From positions 1,845 to 65,844 of the IMG/VR virus record IMGVR_UViG_3300031216_000012: a DNA stretch of 64,000 nt, one strand, 5' to 3'. The translations under genes were made by a program, and so were the position numbers. Below the pieces are notes generated by a model. It was not told where the DNA came from. It made no database searches and worked only from the letters and a program-made list of their open reading frames with translations. Of the stretch, positions 31,001 through 37,657 are shown piece by piece. Position 1 is the stretch's first letter; the number at the start of each line of letters is the position of its first letter. This stretch comes from a virus (taxonomy: Duplodnaviria; Caudoviricetes).

Positions 31001-31066
31001 GCAAGTGGAGCTTTAGATGTGCCGCTAATACGCCCCGAAGTCTCTGAGGCTTTGGGCTCCAACTGA
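22097..31066 (+). CDS. Giant internal virion / polyvalent-type protein (2989 aa)
   Basis: N-terminal hydrophobic Gly/Ala helices (ALLEGSAEVAAE), two HExxH motifs (HERSH, HEIGH) and a C-terminal QLFSHLKGFMY region, as in podovirus ejection proteins. Confidence 0.75.
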   Translation: MATDDRKADSESINRSLRSFNIDAPAIPDGGYTDAQFDALDKVHVEANRRRNEGGSYVQQRQAERDEVARAQQEAEQSLLRNLLDTARQPQETAQTNPAEFANFDAQVDSDRLDDMAYRDRTSQFGKGLRSAGQQLLATGPGVEAIARGWAGDEEGATAAARRAGDRLNRAAELGPQQSLSGVMDGDDEFGDWVAGALGQQAPILATFIGTGVVGGLAGRVTQKSIERGVLRTVTEQRGAAVAARNVQQEALRRASQAYVSTQSRRSGGQAARAVSRRDTADNAVRQIQQEGQEWIRRTAAQGPRRETVYSTVAAGATGVPLYSADTSQFLIDPDAEGSIRYKAAVALTGATIASLASIAPTVAVLRRLGLGTQAAHMQQLAAQSAFRRLPAEGGKQALLEGSAEVAAEVGKTWTHSWINDNIDVFGAEQMAGYIESAAVGAMLGGGLGTATSVRPGDFKELGSFMMRFREPGPTEMATMERRGDAETAHSRKKNAPENARAQEQYDSLDDDIRAQMSFPEFLNSLRTDQGRTIALGRLVEGMDSTEAGTYLRLLIDPDAENIAATGVDMPGGAQSMGDTAYQRLAQSVGEENMAVLLEAGRQQMTASTVTMLREDLKMLNTMELTPEQARATNTRIQNARDLLARLEQQAADAGMPESPMASQIDELIPGLYRDASDTSETTTPRGVEDESTQDTQAVQEGIERADAGREQNDFLAGTQEAETNLTLPFAENDRAAGVDARTATKAGRQRLGTVGAVWAKGGDAAKNAQSINKDAGGDPANPPARVETLDRAMDLAELSAEDKIAAARELWDGKNKFQRGQLQEQTGREAETSKEAIQSVEEANIMLGQFETVVSERLPDGLSGREQRSFSAREVDSFVIPEGKRLDNVGVAEATTPKETEESVVAREAASQEGRPEPKPVMKDAPVRVNLISAVQRMIGRLDDMERTGPKGDKSKTKGAAETSETTDNTGNISMSNIARALNQAVADLREKGINIDVDSLPADTVVFKRAGREAVTAGEVLTRDKGRRETAQKTAAASIRDLETQKAGIEAALKEGGNKERVAKLRADLKRNERAFAAKRKERQKVVNELNARARQLESELDRVERALETDSKGELIGEISKGIKAFRGTSDRDLSTQELSVKNALRIAMDILTAPTVERSKSALMRARKRISDAEAKIAAHDLLGALDRLTLKARFYNGGMRRKAVMREFVANELKGLNEISFNDPFAVETAAFGDQVASSSEVLSSAEANTLQVENRIDQLRELTDALDGRIEAAETPEVRAEQERLKEELMEELDLLVSLTDDKAKYELESREASQFEGPTKRSGKGSKGNAAEKPSAKNTDLDALVKSGKAILKDDTYYVTDAEATPYVAGSTSDGKIYVNIALSKSQPLEIYIQNSDQKVEMLRRLGVSAAQFASLFKSQREVNAFLRDHERSHLQNRDREVYPRKEDGSFDLMHPDAVAIEARATIDGLTAAQKQQLEKMQAPSAKKQRAQVKALEAVASRMSNETSTEQRQAEAKFADGVIKGLKLAQVTMGSVLSNAEAAERVQGKNIDLNAHDGLSFTTMNRDTGEITVDIWVNESITDPAERMGVLNHEIGHAVVTSSAFKLSTEDARSLVGAYNKWRKENKEGSVGATIKSKRSLLNMLDARVNDPRQLKDLSQVERDNLLDFQEWFADNVGRWIETNKRPRGVIEKFFSSIAQALRILMRTNRDAGLPDSTVASVLNNMWDSKQPNGHVRKFSLWKRLEQHTELSKIKVEGATAKPLRVELPKKTRFAAKDQRKADLALTWARDGGGRNLFIGRGSASSSTNAYAKAYGKNANVGRYKDGDAVFVSAEGNRGGRIGPDFKELKAAADAGVVFITDNKANRNRPYNKGEREVADFLLENGYKEGVQEGVWHKEGKPRNKKPSFSEVYEEIRAQYKGEIDPKRALTGAVEAAVSPSSIEAFWGVRDYIIGKMSSKERMTIGRALTSSKVQRQMNQARAHAAKKGQFYPSDPHSEMALAYILHSQGKLDLTPAQAAPLRAATRWFHEITGKVHQSDQAVEVLNAIQQDLFGARTNEVQAQAKKGSKLANAEYVLESAQLQKLAQLEALGRLDDTNSPERIDQMVDALPNHLFPQRMKDALKDDIKAGVFTKKFLDQFKNESDFVLNPDKQFAVTEFVGTAPLQNSARAVYNNLAGAKQYLRNSLLGRGVLGQAMRSRGSRSAAVQSFQQALYTDVLQEGGAEGFVNAKDRASGARQSEWESIYDTLTVEQQKAFREAFLGRETPTDPAVKAAIARTNRFMRSMHKYGQEVGLLKRTRFDENYRPWSFDAGKVDRHANKLLEAWTHKRYRKEWWNVYADHYPERVGDAKDFASDTEFETYVQAYIASIALENGFVDAARPDQDEIGTRPYVANLNRRELAFLDNEKLAPPADRKLLASLFDDSINTTMAKYIGSMVKRVEYVRKFGANDEKYLQLRAQAKEQGATREDLALMDDMIRSATGRIGLEVAPFWKKVASPFNSMLQPIRNDDGTPFATKEDAMRVQKAEGVQGTVEKVEGGFEIKRDITADPRRFRQNMSWLVVYQNWRILALAALTNVADLAGIAFRTGDLPVAFGAYKEGVGRVFKDVRDRKQSPETRKANMDSAERLAVELGAVAHATVSEHLGLQYGSVHMTGKAKRWNDILFKYNGMEYLTRATRIMAVSAGREFLAKQAAGAARGDAASIEALTELGLDPADLRLTEEGGLDLLTGDEVRTALEGTEFGSAQGASAAQAEGQDVGVAAAEVARDERVRRALARMVDESVLRPASWQRATWMNDPNWQLFSHLKGFMYTYHERVLRRIIGKGVSGNLGPLVMAAGYVGTMMAADLLREMIQHGPEGDDRKERWGVKERVADGIHRSGLLGMYTVVPDMMKTHEFGRSQIAQVGGPFTSQLEQLYRGMFGAGDPSTALKRALPGNQIYTDPFVSWGSWIVDPRAADPASGALDVPLIRPEVSEALGSN

Positions 31067-31078
31067 CGGAGAACCATC

Positions 31079-32326
31079 ATGAAGATCGATTTTGACATCC
31101 CGCAGTCTGTGCGGGACGAGTTGACTGGTGCCCAAATCGAAGCACTGGAAGCGGTGTATCGGTACGGTAATCCCAACGCGGCGGGCGGAGCGATAGGTAA
31201 AAACCCCAGTTCCTTTACTCGGCTGTACAAGCGGGCTCAAAAAGTGTGCACGCGGCTTGGGTGGTCGCCTGAGCACAGCCTGGTAAATCCTATTGCGCCT
31301 GGTAACAAGCTGGCGCGCCATTCGCAGTATTACGACGCAGACGGAGTACCTACGAACCGCTGGGTGATCCAGACACCGGATGACCGGCAGAAAGAAGCAG
31401 TGCTGCTCGCTGCTGCCGAGGCGATGGCAGAGGATCTGCCCGACATCCCAGTGTCGAAAGGGCCGACGAAAAAAGGGCTGGACGCTGACATCATTCCGTG
31501 GATCAACATTGGTGACGCGCACATCGGCATGGTGGCGCACGAGGCAGAGACCGGCGCCAACTTCGACCTAAAGATTGCTGAGCGGGAGCTGTGCAAGGCG
31601 GTAGCAATCCTACTCGAAGAGACAGGCAACCACGAGCGCTGTGTGATCAACGATCTGGGGGACGCGACACACTATGAGAACTTTGCCGGCATTACGGAAG
31701 CGGGCGGGCACGCGCTGGATTACGACGGTCGATTCCCGAAGATGATTAAGACGTATATTCGAATCATGCGGTTCATCATCGAAAAAGCACTTCAGAAATT
31801 CAAGCAAGTCGATGTCATTGTGAACCAGGGCAACCACTCTCGGACCAACGACATTTGGATGGCCGAGTATATACGAGGGGTATATGGGCACTCCGATCGA
31901 GTTAACGTGCTCAACAACGATACGGTGTTCATCGGCTATCGAATGGGGAACACGTTTGTGTTGTCGCACCACTCAGACAAGTGCAAGCCAGACAGGCTGG
32001 CTGAAGTGATGAGCACAGACTTTAGGCAAGACTGGGGCGAAACAGAGTACCACTATATTGACATCGGACACATCCACCACAAGATGACAAGCAAAGAACA
32101 CCCAGGAGTGATGATTGAATCATTTAACATTCTTGCGAACAAGGATCTCTACGCGCATGACAATGGGTACAGGTCGCGGCAGTCGATCACAGTGATTGAT
32201 CGGAGCCGAAGTTGGGGAGAGTTAGGCCGAAGACTTCTGCCCGTCGAAAAAGTACGTCGAGCGCTACAGCACGAGACAGGGTCTGGAGTTTACATGCCTC
32301 CTGAAAAACGGGCATACACCGTATAA
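31079..32326 (+). CDS. Calcineurin-like metallophosphoesterase with N-terminal HTH-like region
   Basis: GDAHIG, DLGDATH, QGNHS, SHH and IGHIHH metal-binding motifs in canonical order. Confidence 0.8.
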   Translation: MKIDFDIPQSVRDELTGAQIEALEAVYRYGNPNAAGGAIGKNPSSFTRLYKRAQKVCTRLGWSPEHSLVNPIAPGNKLARHSQYYDADGVPTNRWVIQTPDDRQKEAVLLAAAEAMAEDLPDIPVSKGPTKKGLDADIIPWINIGDAHIGMVAHEAETGANFDLKIAERELCKAVAILLEETGNHERCVINDLGDATHYENFAGITEAGGHALDYDGRFPKMIKTYIRIMRFIIEKALQKFKQVDVIVNQGNHSRTNDIWMAEYIRGVYGHSDRVNVLNNDTVFIGYRMGNTFVLSHHSDKCKPDRLAEVMSTDFRQDWGETEYHYIDIGHIHHKMTSKEHPGVMIESFNILANKDLYAHDNGYRSRQSITVIDRSRSWGELGRRLLPVEKVRRALQHETGSGVYMPPEKRAYTV

Positions 32327-32328
32327 GA

Positions 32329-32392
32329 TTTGCCCCCTCCCAGGCCGGGTAGCGTGTGAACCCCGGCTGAGGGTAGGGTGGGAGGGGGCAAA
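32329..32392. terminator. Long hairpin where the + and - strand operons converge
   Basis: tttgccccctccca/tgggagggggcaaa 14-bp stem with an inner gccggg/cccggc stem. Confidence 0.6.
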
Positions 32393-32503
32393 AGCAAATC
32401 GTAATAGTTGTCGAATTAGCAGCTGAACGCCGCGTAAAACGTCAGATGTGGCGTCTTCGGCCGGGAACTCCCAACTCTATCGACTTCCGCCATTGCCGCG
32501 CCG

Positions 32504-32860
32504 TCAGGCGATGCCGTATTCTAAATCAACTCCAGTGACGTCGCCGTTCTCATCGGTCACCTCGAAAAACGTTGCATGAGAGTCTGGATCTTGCATAATC
32601 TTTTTCGCTTGCTCAGCAGCTTCTTTCGGGGTGTAAGCGTCGATGTCGATTTTCCACTCCACGATATAGTTAAAAGGGCCGCAAGCAAACACAACACCGA
32701 TGTCTCTTTCGAACTCCCACTTGCCTATTAAGTCAGTGTTTTTTGCTACGGCTACAATTTTGCGAAAGTCGTGTTCAAAGCGAGCGGCGCCTGAATCAAT
32801 GCAGGCACGGCTCCATTTTCCGATAGTGCCATACAAAATATCATGATCTTCCATCATCAC
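32504..32860 (-). CDS. Hypothetical protein
   Basis: GGAG RBS; C-terminal W-x-IDIDA-x-TP-x-EAA...DPDS pattern seen in phage early proteins. Confidence 0.6.
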   Translation of the reverse strand: MMMEDHDILYGTIGKWSRACIDSGAARFEHDFRKIVAVAKNTDLIGKWEFERDIGVVFACGPFNYIVEWKIDIDAYTPKEAAEQAKKIMQDPDSHATFFEVTDENGDVTGVDLEYGIA

Positions 32861-33159
32861 TCTCCAATCAGTAATTTGTCGGGGTCAACGCCCAAGGAAC
32901 GCGCCAAGGCACGATCTTCATTTTTGCGTACAGCAAAGCGGTTTTCTTGTTCTTTGTTTTGCTGAATGGAACTACCGGCACGGGTAGCCGCTGCTGCAAC
33001 AGCCCGCCGTTTGTGGTCAGCAGCGTCGCCTTTCCAGCCCATCGGGGTAAAGGCCGACGCTGTCTTAGGCGCTTTGTCCAGCTTTTCTTGCCGGTCTTGA
33101 TCGTACAGGCGATCGGCGGCGTCGCCAAAGTCTTCGCCGGGGTAGGGTTGGTTACTCAT
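32857..33159 (-). CDS. Hypothetical protein
   Basis: ATG at 33159 after GAGG; stop overlaps the next start. Confidence 0.55.
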   Translation of the reverse strand: MSNQPYPGEDFGDAADRLYDQDRQEKLDKAPKTASAFTPMGWKGDAADHKRRAVAAAATRAGSSIQQNKEQENRFAVRKNEDRALARSLGVDPDKLLIGE

Positions 33160-33328
33160 CTTCGATGTCCTCAATAGAAGTTGATTCGCAGTTTATGCAG
33201 TATTGCTCATCGAGCTCGATACACTCAGGCATGTCAAAACAGTTCTTAGTAGGGTTCCACCATAAAGTGACGTCGAGCCCGATAATGGCTTCGTTGTCGT
33301 CGCACTCGGTGCAGCGTTTGATAGTCAT
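33152..33328 (-). CDS. Small zinc-ribbon protein (58 aa, below the ORF-track cutoff)
   Basis: My translation is MTIKRCTECDD...YCINCESTSIEDIEDE*: two CxxC motifs, with coupled start and stop overlaps. Confidence 0.6.
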   Translation of the reverse strand: MTIKRCTECDDNEAIIGLDVTLWWNPTKNCFDMPECIELDEQYCINCESTSIEDIEDE

Positions 33329-33648
33329 GGTATGAAGATGTCCTCTTTCGTTGCAAAGTCTTGGTCGTCAGGCCACGTCGAGCCTTCAGGAATCAGCCAG
33401 ACATCACCGTCTTGATAAAGCTGAAACCTCTCGCCGGTATGACGGTCGGTAATTACAGCGGCGTTTTCGATGCGGTCCCAGGTTTCCCAGTACCACTCGT
33501 GGCCTGGGCCTGCTTCGAGGATGGCCCACTCTTCGTCGCTAACGCCGTCGACAGAAGCGCGGTCGATGACGTGAGCAAACGCTTGGGGGATGTACTGCCC
33601 TCTTGATCCATCAAGGAACAGGACGGAGTTTTTCGGTCTGTTGGTCAT
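33325..33648 (-). CDS. Hypothetical protein
   Basis: AGGAG RBS; RGQYIPQ...GPGHEWYWETW...LYQDGDVW. Confidence 0.65.
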   Translation of the reverse strand: MTNRPKNSVLFLDGSRGQYIPQAFAHVIDRASVDGVSDEEWAILEAGPGHEWYWETWDRIENAAVITDRHTGERFQLYQDGDVWLIPEGSTWPDDQDFATKEDIFIP

Positions 33649-33920
33649 ACGTGTTCTCCTTCAGTGGTTGGCAGTCCGTCGATAATCTCGATACCGTCGC
33701 TGCGCATCTGGTTGATCAGCGTTTCGCCGAGCCAATAGATGGTAGCTGCAGATAGTTCGACGGTCGCCGCAGTGTCGCTATGAAGCCGGCCGGAATGGAT
33801 GGCGTAGGGGAGCGGAGCCTCCCACGTGTGTTCTCCTATGAAGCGCCAGACCAGCCATTCATCGCCGTCCCACGTCACAATCAGGTTCAGGTCGGAGTCG
33901 ATGTACTCGGTCGGTGTCAT
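33645..33920 (-). CDS. Hypothetical protein flanked by 20-bp direct repeats
   Basis: gtcatacgtgttctccttca at 33644-33663 and 33916-33935. Confidence 0.6.
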   Translation of the reverse strand: MTPTEYIDSDLNLIVTWDGDEWLVWRFIGEHTWEAPLPYAIHSGRLHSDTAATVELSAATIYWLGETLINQMRSDGIEIIDGLPTTEGEHV

Positions 33921-33980
33921 ACGTGTTCTCCTTCACCCGTAGGCGTGGTATAACGCTGTCGAGCAGTATTTGTTTTCTGT

Positions 33981-34277
33981 TCATATTGAGTTCTCCCTTG
34001 GTGTAGACAATGACCAGTCACCGTAGAACTTTCCGTCTGCTTCTATCATGTCGTCTCTAAACGACATGCGCAGTTGGTTTTCGTCCCAGCTATCCCAACC
34101 TGTGATTTTTTTTGCTTTCAAATACGCTTCGCGATTTTCAAAAGCAATTGTATAGTCGGTCATGTAGGTGACGATAAAAGATGTAACCCCTTCGATGGGT
34201 TCAGCCTCAAAGCCCCAATCGTCCATTACTTGGCCTGAATCATCTCGGCCGTGATAAAGCTGCAGCGTCATATTCAT
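33981..34277 (-). CDS. Hypothetical protein
   Basis: GGAG RBS; LYHGR...MDDWGF...YGDWS. Confidence 0.6.
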   Translation of the reverse strand: MNMTLQLYHGRDDSGQVMDDWGFEAEPIEGVTSFIVTYMTDYTIAFENREAYLKAKKITGWDSWDENQLRMSFRDDMIEADGKFYGDWSLSTPRENSI

Positions 34278-34561
34278 GACCGTTCTCCCCAGTTGAGTTG
34301 GTGGTGCCACTGGGTCAGCGTTCCGATAACATCGGCGCCGCTAACGTCTTCGTCATCTGCCTCCAACCAAGGAAACCGATCGACCAGCACTGCGGCCAAC
34401 TGGTCGGGCGGGAACGGGCCGATGTAAGTCGGCAAGTAGCCTGTTTCTCGGCAGTGGTCGAAGTATTCTTCTGTATTGTCGAACTCAGAGACTTCTCTCC
34501 ACTCTCCCTGCCCTCGAAACTGGCCAGGGCCGGCGCGTTTAATCCATTGCTTGTTATCCAT
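34274..34561 (-). CDS. Hypothetical protein
   Basis: Coupled ORF ending in DVSGADVI. Confidence 0.55.
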   Translation of the reverse strand: MDNKQWIKRAGPGQFRGQGEWREVSEFDNTEEYFDHCRETGYLPTYIGPFPPDQLAAVLVDRFPWLEADDEDVSGADVIGTLTQWHHQLNWGERS

Positions 34562-34856
34562 TCTGCGTCTCCACGATGTCGATGATGTTATGAGGTACGG
34601 TGATGATCACCAGCACCTCGTCGTCTGCGTTCTTGATCTTGATGTAGCCGGAAGGCCCAACAACAGGCATGTCGCCTACGCCTGCTTCGAGAACAAACTT
34701 CTCATCTACGCAGGCTTTGGCAAACTCACCGAAGGCTTTGGCAGCACGCTTGGCTTGCGCAGCGGTCGTTTTGCTCGCTTTGCTTTTGTTGAGGATGATG
34801 CTGAAGTTGGACTGACTACCCGCTTCTTTCACGAGGTCGTACAGATTGTCGCTCAT
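34554..34856 (-). CDS. Hypothetical protein
   Basis: ATG at 34856 after AGGA. Confidence 0.55.
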   Translation of the reverse strand: MSDNLYDLVKEAGSQSNFSIILNKSKASKTTAAQAKRAAKAFGEFAKACVDEKFVLEAGVGDMPVVGPSGYIKIKNADDEVLVIITVPHNIIDIVETQNG

Positions 34857-35070
34857 AAAAATCGATTCCTTTGTAGGTTTTGAGGAACTTCCACTTGCCG
34901 AGAGCAACGTCTCGCGTGTGCAGGTCGATGATAGCCCAGGGCACATCACTTGTTCGAACGAGTTTTAAAGTTCCGATTGTTTTGGTGTGTAGACTTTTCT
35001 CGCCAACGAGCATTCTGCTCACCACCTCTCGAAGTTTTTCCTTGTCCGAACTTGCCAGGGAAGCGCTCAT
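34816..35070 (-). CDS. Hypothetical protein
   Basis: 84-aa ORF within the dense minus-strand operon. Confidence 0.4.
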   Translation of the reverse strand: MSASLASSDKEKLREVVSRMLVGEKSLHTKTIGTLKLVRTSDVPWAIIDLHTRDVALGKWKFLKTYKGIDFYERQSVRPRERSG

Positions 35071-35183
35071 GGTGATTTACCCGACTAATTTGACGAAGAA
35101 AGAGATCAAGGAAATGCAGTCCAGTATAAATGTAATCCAGGGTACGATGGAGGCCATATAGTTTTCTCCTGTTCATGGGAACC

Positions 35184-35624
35184 TTAGTTGTTGATGTTTT
35201 GGGTTGTTTCTCTCACTTGTTCATAACTCATCACACCTGCTTTTGAAAAAGCAGGCCCGTCAGCTTTTATTCGAAAGAACAGGTAGGTGTCTCGCGTTTT
35301 AAACCCGCACAGCACGTAGCAGGCGAAGCCCATTGCCGCTTTCCCTTTGAGCCATTTTCGTTGGAGTGCGGAGCACAGTGAATCCCACACGTACATTACG
35401 TCTTCATCCTTGCCGACTACGGATTGTTTTGGCCAGTGCTTGCCTTCCACAAACGCAGTTTGCGCAGGCCAGTGAATGCTGCCACCCTCTTTCAAGGGGA
35501 AAAACATGTCCCAGTCTGGTCGACCGCCACGAAATGCGTTATTGGTCTTTTCGATTTCAATGCCAAGATCAGCTTCGAGCTTCTTCTTGACGCGGTTAAG
35601 CATCGTGTTCTCTGGTGTTGCCAT
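35184..35624 (-). CDS. VRR-NUC / Holliday-junction-resolvase-like PD-(D/E)XK nuclease
   Basis: N-terminal PE, GRPD, FVEGK and SALQRKWL motifs. Confidence 0.7.
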   Translation of the reverse strand: MATPENTMLNRVKKKLEADLGIEIEKTNNAFRGGRPDWDMFFPLKEGGSIHWPAQTAFVEGKHWPKQSVVGKDEDVMYVWDSLCSALQRKWLKGKAAMGFACYVLCGFKTRDTYLFFRIKADGPAFSKAGVMSYEQVRETTQNINN

Positions 35625-35627
35625 ACA

Positions 35628-36266
35628 TCACCTCTCCAGCGCCGCGGAAAATACATGCTCAACGCTGCCCCGCTCTTCAAAGTTATCCCAGATAGCTCGA
35701 ACGGTTTCATCGGAAGTCACGAGAAGCTTGGCGCCGTCGAGCCAGTCGAAGTACCAGAACTCAGCACGGTGCAGGCGCCAGCCGCTGTGACCCTTGCTGG
35801 CGTAGAAACGGATCTCTTCAGACGGTCCGCCCCAGCTGATCTGATAGCGCCAGTAGCCTTCATCTTGATCTCCGAACGTACCGGGCTCAACGTAGTCAAA
35901 CGACAGTCCGTAGTCGTACCAAGCCTCGCGGCTCGCTTCGCGGATGTCGTCTTCGTACTCGTCGAATAAGCGTTCAAGTAGCGCGTCGATAATGTCAGAA
36001 TTACCGTCGTCGCCAAGAGATACACCGGCTAAAAGATCAAGCGGTGCCCAGCGCTCAGGCTCGTAACTTTCAACAAGCGCTTTGAGTAGGTGTTCGTTGG
36101 TAAGCGTTGTAACAGTAGCTTCGTTGCACGTCACTTCATACCACTGCCCGACGTAGGCTATGTCAAGATCTCCCGCTTCAGGATCGAGCATCGCTCTGAT
36201 GTCGTTGAGCCGGCCGGCGCACGCATCAGCTACTTTGTCTACGCATCTTAGTTGTTCAGCTTTCAT
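35628..36266 (-). CDS. Acidic hypothetical protein
   Basis: AGGA RBS; YGLSFDYV...RYQISWGGPSEEIRF. Confidence 0.65.
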   Translation of the reverse strand: MKAEQLRCVDKVADACAGRLNDIRAMLDPEAGDLDIAYVGQWYEVTCNEATVTTLTNEHLLKALVESYEPERWAPLDLLAGVSLGDDGNSDIIDALLERLFDEYEDDIREASREAWYDYGLSFDYVEPGTFGDQDEGYWRYQISWGGPSEEIRFYASKGHSGWRLHRAEFWYFDWLDGAKLLVTSDETVRAIWDNFEERGSVEHVFSAALER

Positions 36267-36790
36267 CAGTCTGTTCCTTGAAATTGGGGGTTTGAAGTAT
36301 ACAAATGATCTAGTTCTTTAGTTTGAAGAAGCGGAGGTCTGGGCGCACCCATCTCAAACGTTGATACTTTTACGCCGTATGGAGCAAAAGCACCGACAAC
36401 CATTCTGGTTTGAAGTTCTCCGCTGGCGATGGAATACACAACTGCGTTTGGGTATAACCTGCATATAACAGATTGCTTTATCCAATTGTATGTCCGTTCT
36501 GACTGCAAACAAGACTGGCCTTCCGGGGGGATAAGATCATCTAAAATTACTAGATCTAGTCCTATACTACACATTGCAGAACCTGTTCCATACGAACGAA
36601 CTTGCGGGTCTTCCGACTCGGTATTAAACTGTTTCACTATGTACTGTGAAAGCTGCATGGAATAGGAAACATACCCTACTTTTTTTGAAGGGTTCGCACT
36701 TAAAAAAGAGCTTACCCTTTCAATGCAGCTGGTTGTTTTACCGCTGCGCGGAGGGGCAATAATATGAGAAACATCGAAATTCATCTTCAT
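36266..36790 (-). CDS. Stand-alone truncated homologue of the terminase large-subunit ATPase domain
   Basis: APPRSGKTT, SYSMQLS, GLDLVILDD and YNW...RLYP are collinear with MPPQTGKS, SYSASLP, GAEIIIIDD and HNW...RLQP of TerL at 3002..4615. Confidence 0.65.
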   Translation of the reverse strand: MKMNFDVSHIIAPPRSGKTTSCIERVSSFLSANPSKKVGYVSYSMQLSQYIVKQFNTESEDPQVRSYGTGSAMCSIGLDLVILDDLIPPEGQSCLQSERTYNWIKQSVICRLYPNAVVYSIASGELQTRMVVGAFAPYGVKVSTFEMGAPRPPLLQTKELDHLYTSNPQFQGTD

Positions 36791-36800
36791 TCTCCAGAGA

Positions 36801-36834
36801 TAAAAAAGCCCTCAGCACACGAGGTACTGAGGGC
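36801..36834 (-). terminator. Rho-independent terminator
   Basis: Minus strand gccctcag...ctgagggc followed by TTTTTT. Confidence 0.8.
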
Positions 36835-36859
36835 GTGGGTTTACCAAGATCTAGCCAGG

Positions 36860-37405
36860 TTATGCGTCGAGTTCTGATTCGATCGCTTTGACGCGTTCCT
36901 GGTTGGTCTTGGCTGCGGCGACGACCTTCTTGGCAAAGCGGGTCAGCTGGGTGTCTAGCTTCTTCGCCGTGCGCAGCTCAGCCTTCAGAGCGTCGACATG
37001 TGCCGTTGAGTTGATCGCCTCACCGATGGAGCCCAGCTCCTGCTCCAGTTCGCCCAAGACGCCGTTGGTCGGCGCCGCTTTGGGTGCAGGGGGCTTGCGC
37101 TTCGCTCCAGGCTTGGGACCGCGCTTCTTCGTTGCGGGCTTGTCTTCCGGCTCTGGAGCCTCCTCAACCACTTCGACCTCTTCGGCCTCTTCCTGGACAG
37201 GCTCAGCAGGTTTCGCTGCGGCTTTCTTCTTGCTCGCTTTCTTCTTGCGAGTGACCGGCTTGGCTTCTTCCTGGACAGGCTCAGCAGGTTTCGCTGCGGC
37301 TTTCTTCTTGCTCGCTTTCTTCTTGCGAGTGACCGGCTTGGCTTCTTCTTCGTCGCCCTCTTCGCCTTCGAGTTCGTTGAGAAAATCGTCAAATGGATCG
37401 GACAT
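36860..37405 (-). CDS. Lys/Ala/Pro-rich, histone H1-like protein with an internal 26-aa duplication
   Basis: KPVTRKKKASKKKAAAKPAEPVQEEA occurs twice (78-bp repeat, about 37188-37347). Confidence 0.65.
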   Translation of the reverse strand: MSDPFDDFLNELEGEEGDEEEAKPVTRKKKASKKKAAAKPAEPVQEEAKPVTRKKKASKKKAAAKPAEPVQEEAEEVEVVEEAPEPEDKPATKKRGPKPGAKRKPPAPKAAPTNGVLGELEQELGSIGEAINSTAHVDALKAELRTAKKLDTQLTRFAKKVVAAAKTNQERVKAIESELDA

Positions 37406-37423
37406 GTTTTGTACCTCTGCGGA

Positions 37424-37657
37424 TTACAGTGAATGTAGATGGTTATCGATGTGCTCCAGGCTTACTATCCTGATGCGCTTGATGAGCCGATCAACCAGTG
37501 CTTGTCTGTTTTGACCGGCTCGTTCTACACGGAGAGCTCCGTATAATTCCTTTAGCGACAGCGAACTGACCGCGTTGTTGAGTTGATGGTAAGACGACAA
37601 GGCCGCTCGAACTTTGGCCTTGTCGAAACTACCAACGTGGAAGAACTCAGGCTTCAT
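37424..37657 (-). CDS. Hypothetical protein
   Basis: ATG overlaps the upstream gene's 3' end. Confidence 0.55.
   Translation of the reverse strand: MKPEFFHVGSFDKAKVRAALSSYHQLNNAVSSLSLKELYGALRVERAGQNRQALVDRLIKRIRIVSLEHIDNHLHSL

Noticed and set aside
22097-31066. N4-type virion RNA polymerase
   Set aside because: Despite the size and the N4-like capsid gene, I could not find single-subunit RNAP motifs. An HMM search is needed to exclude it fully.
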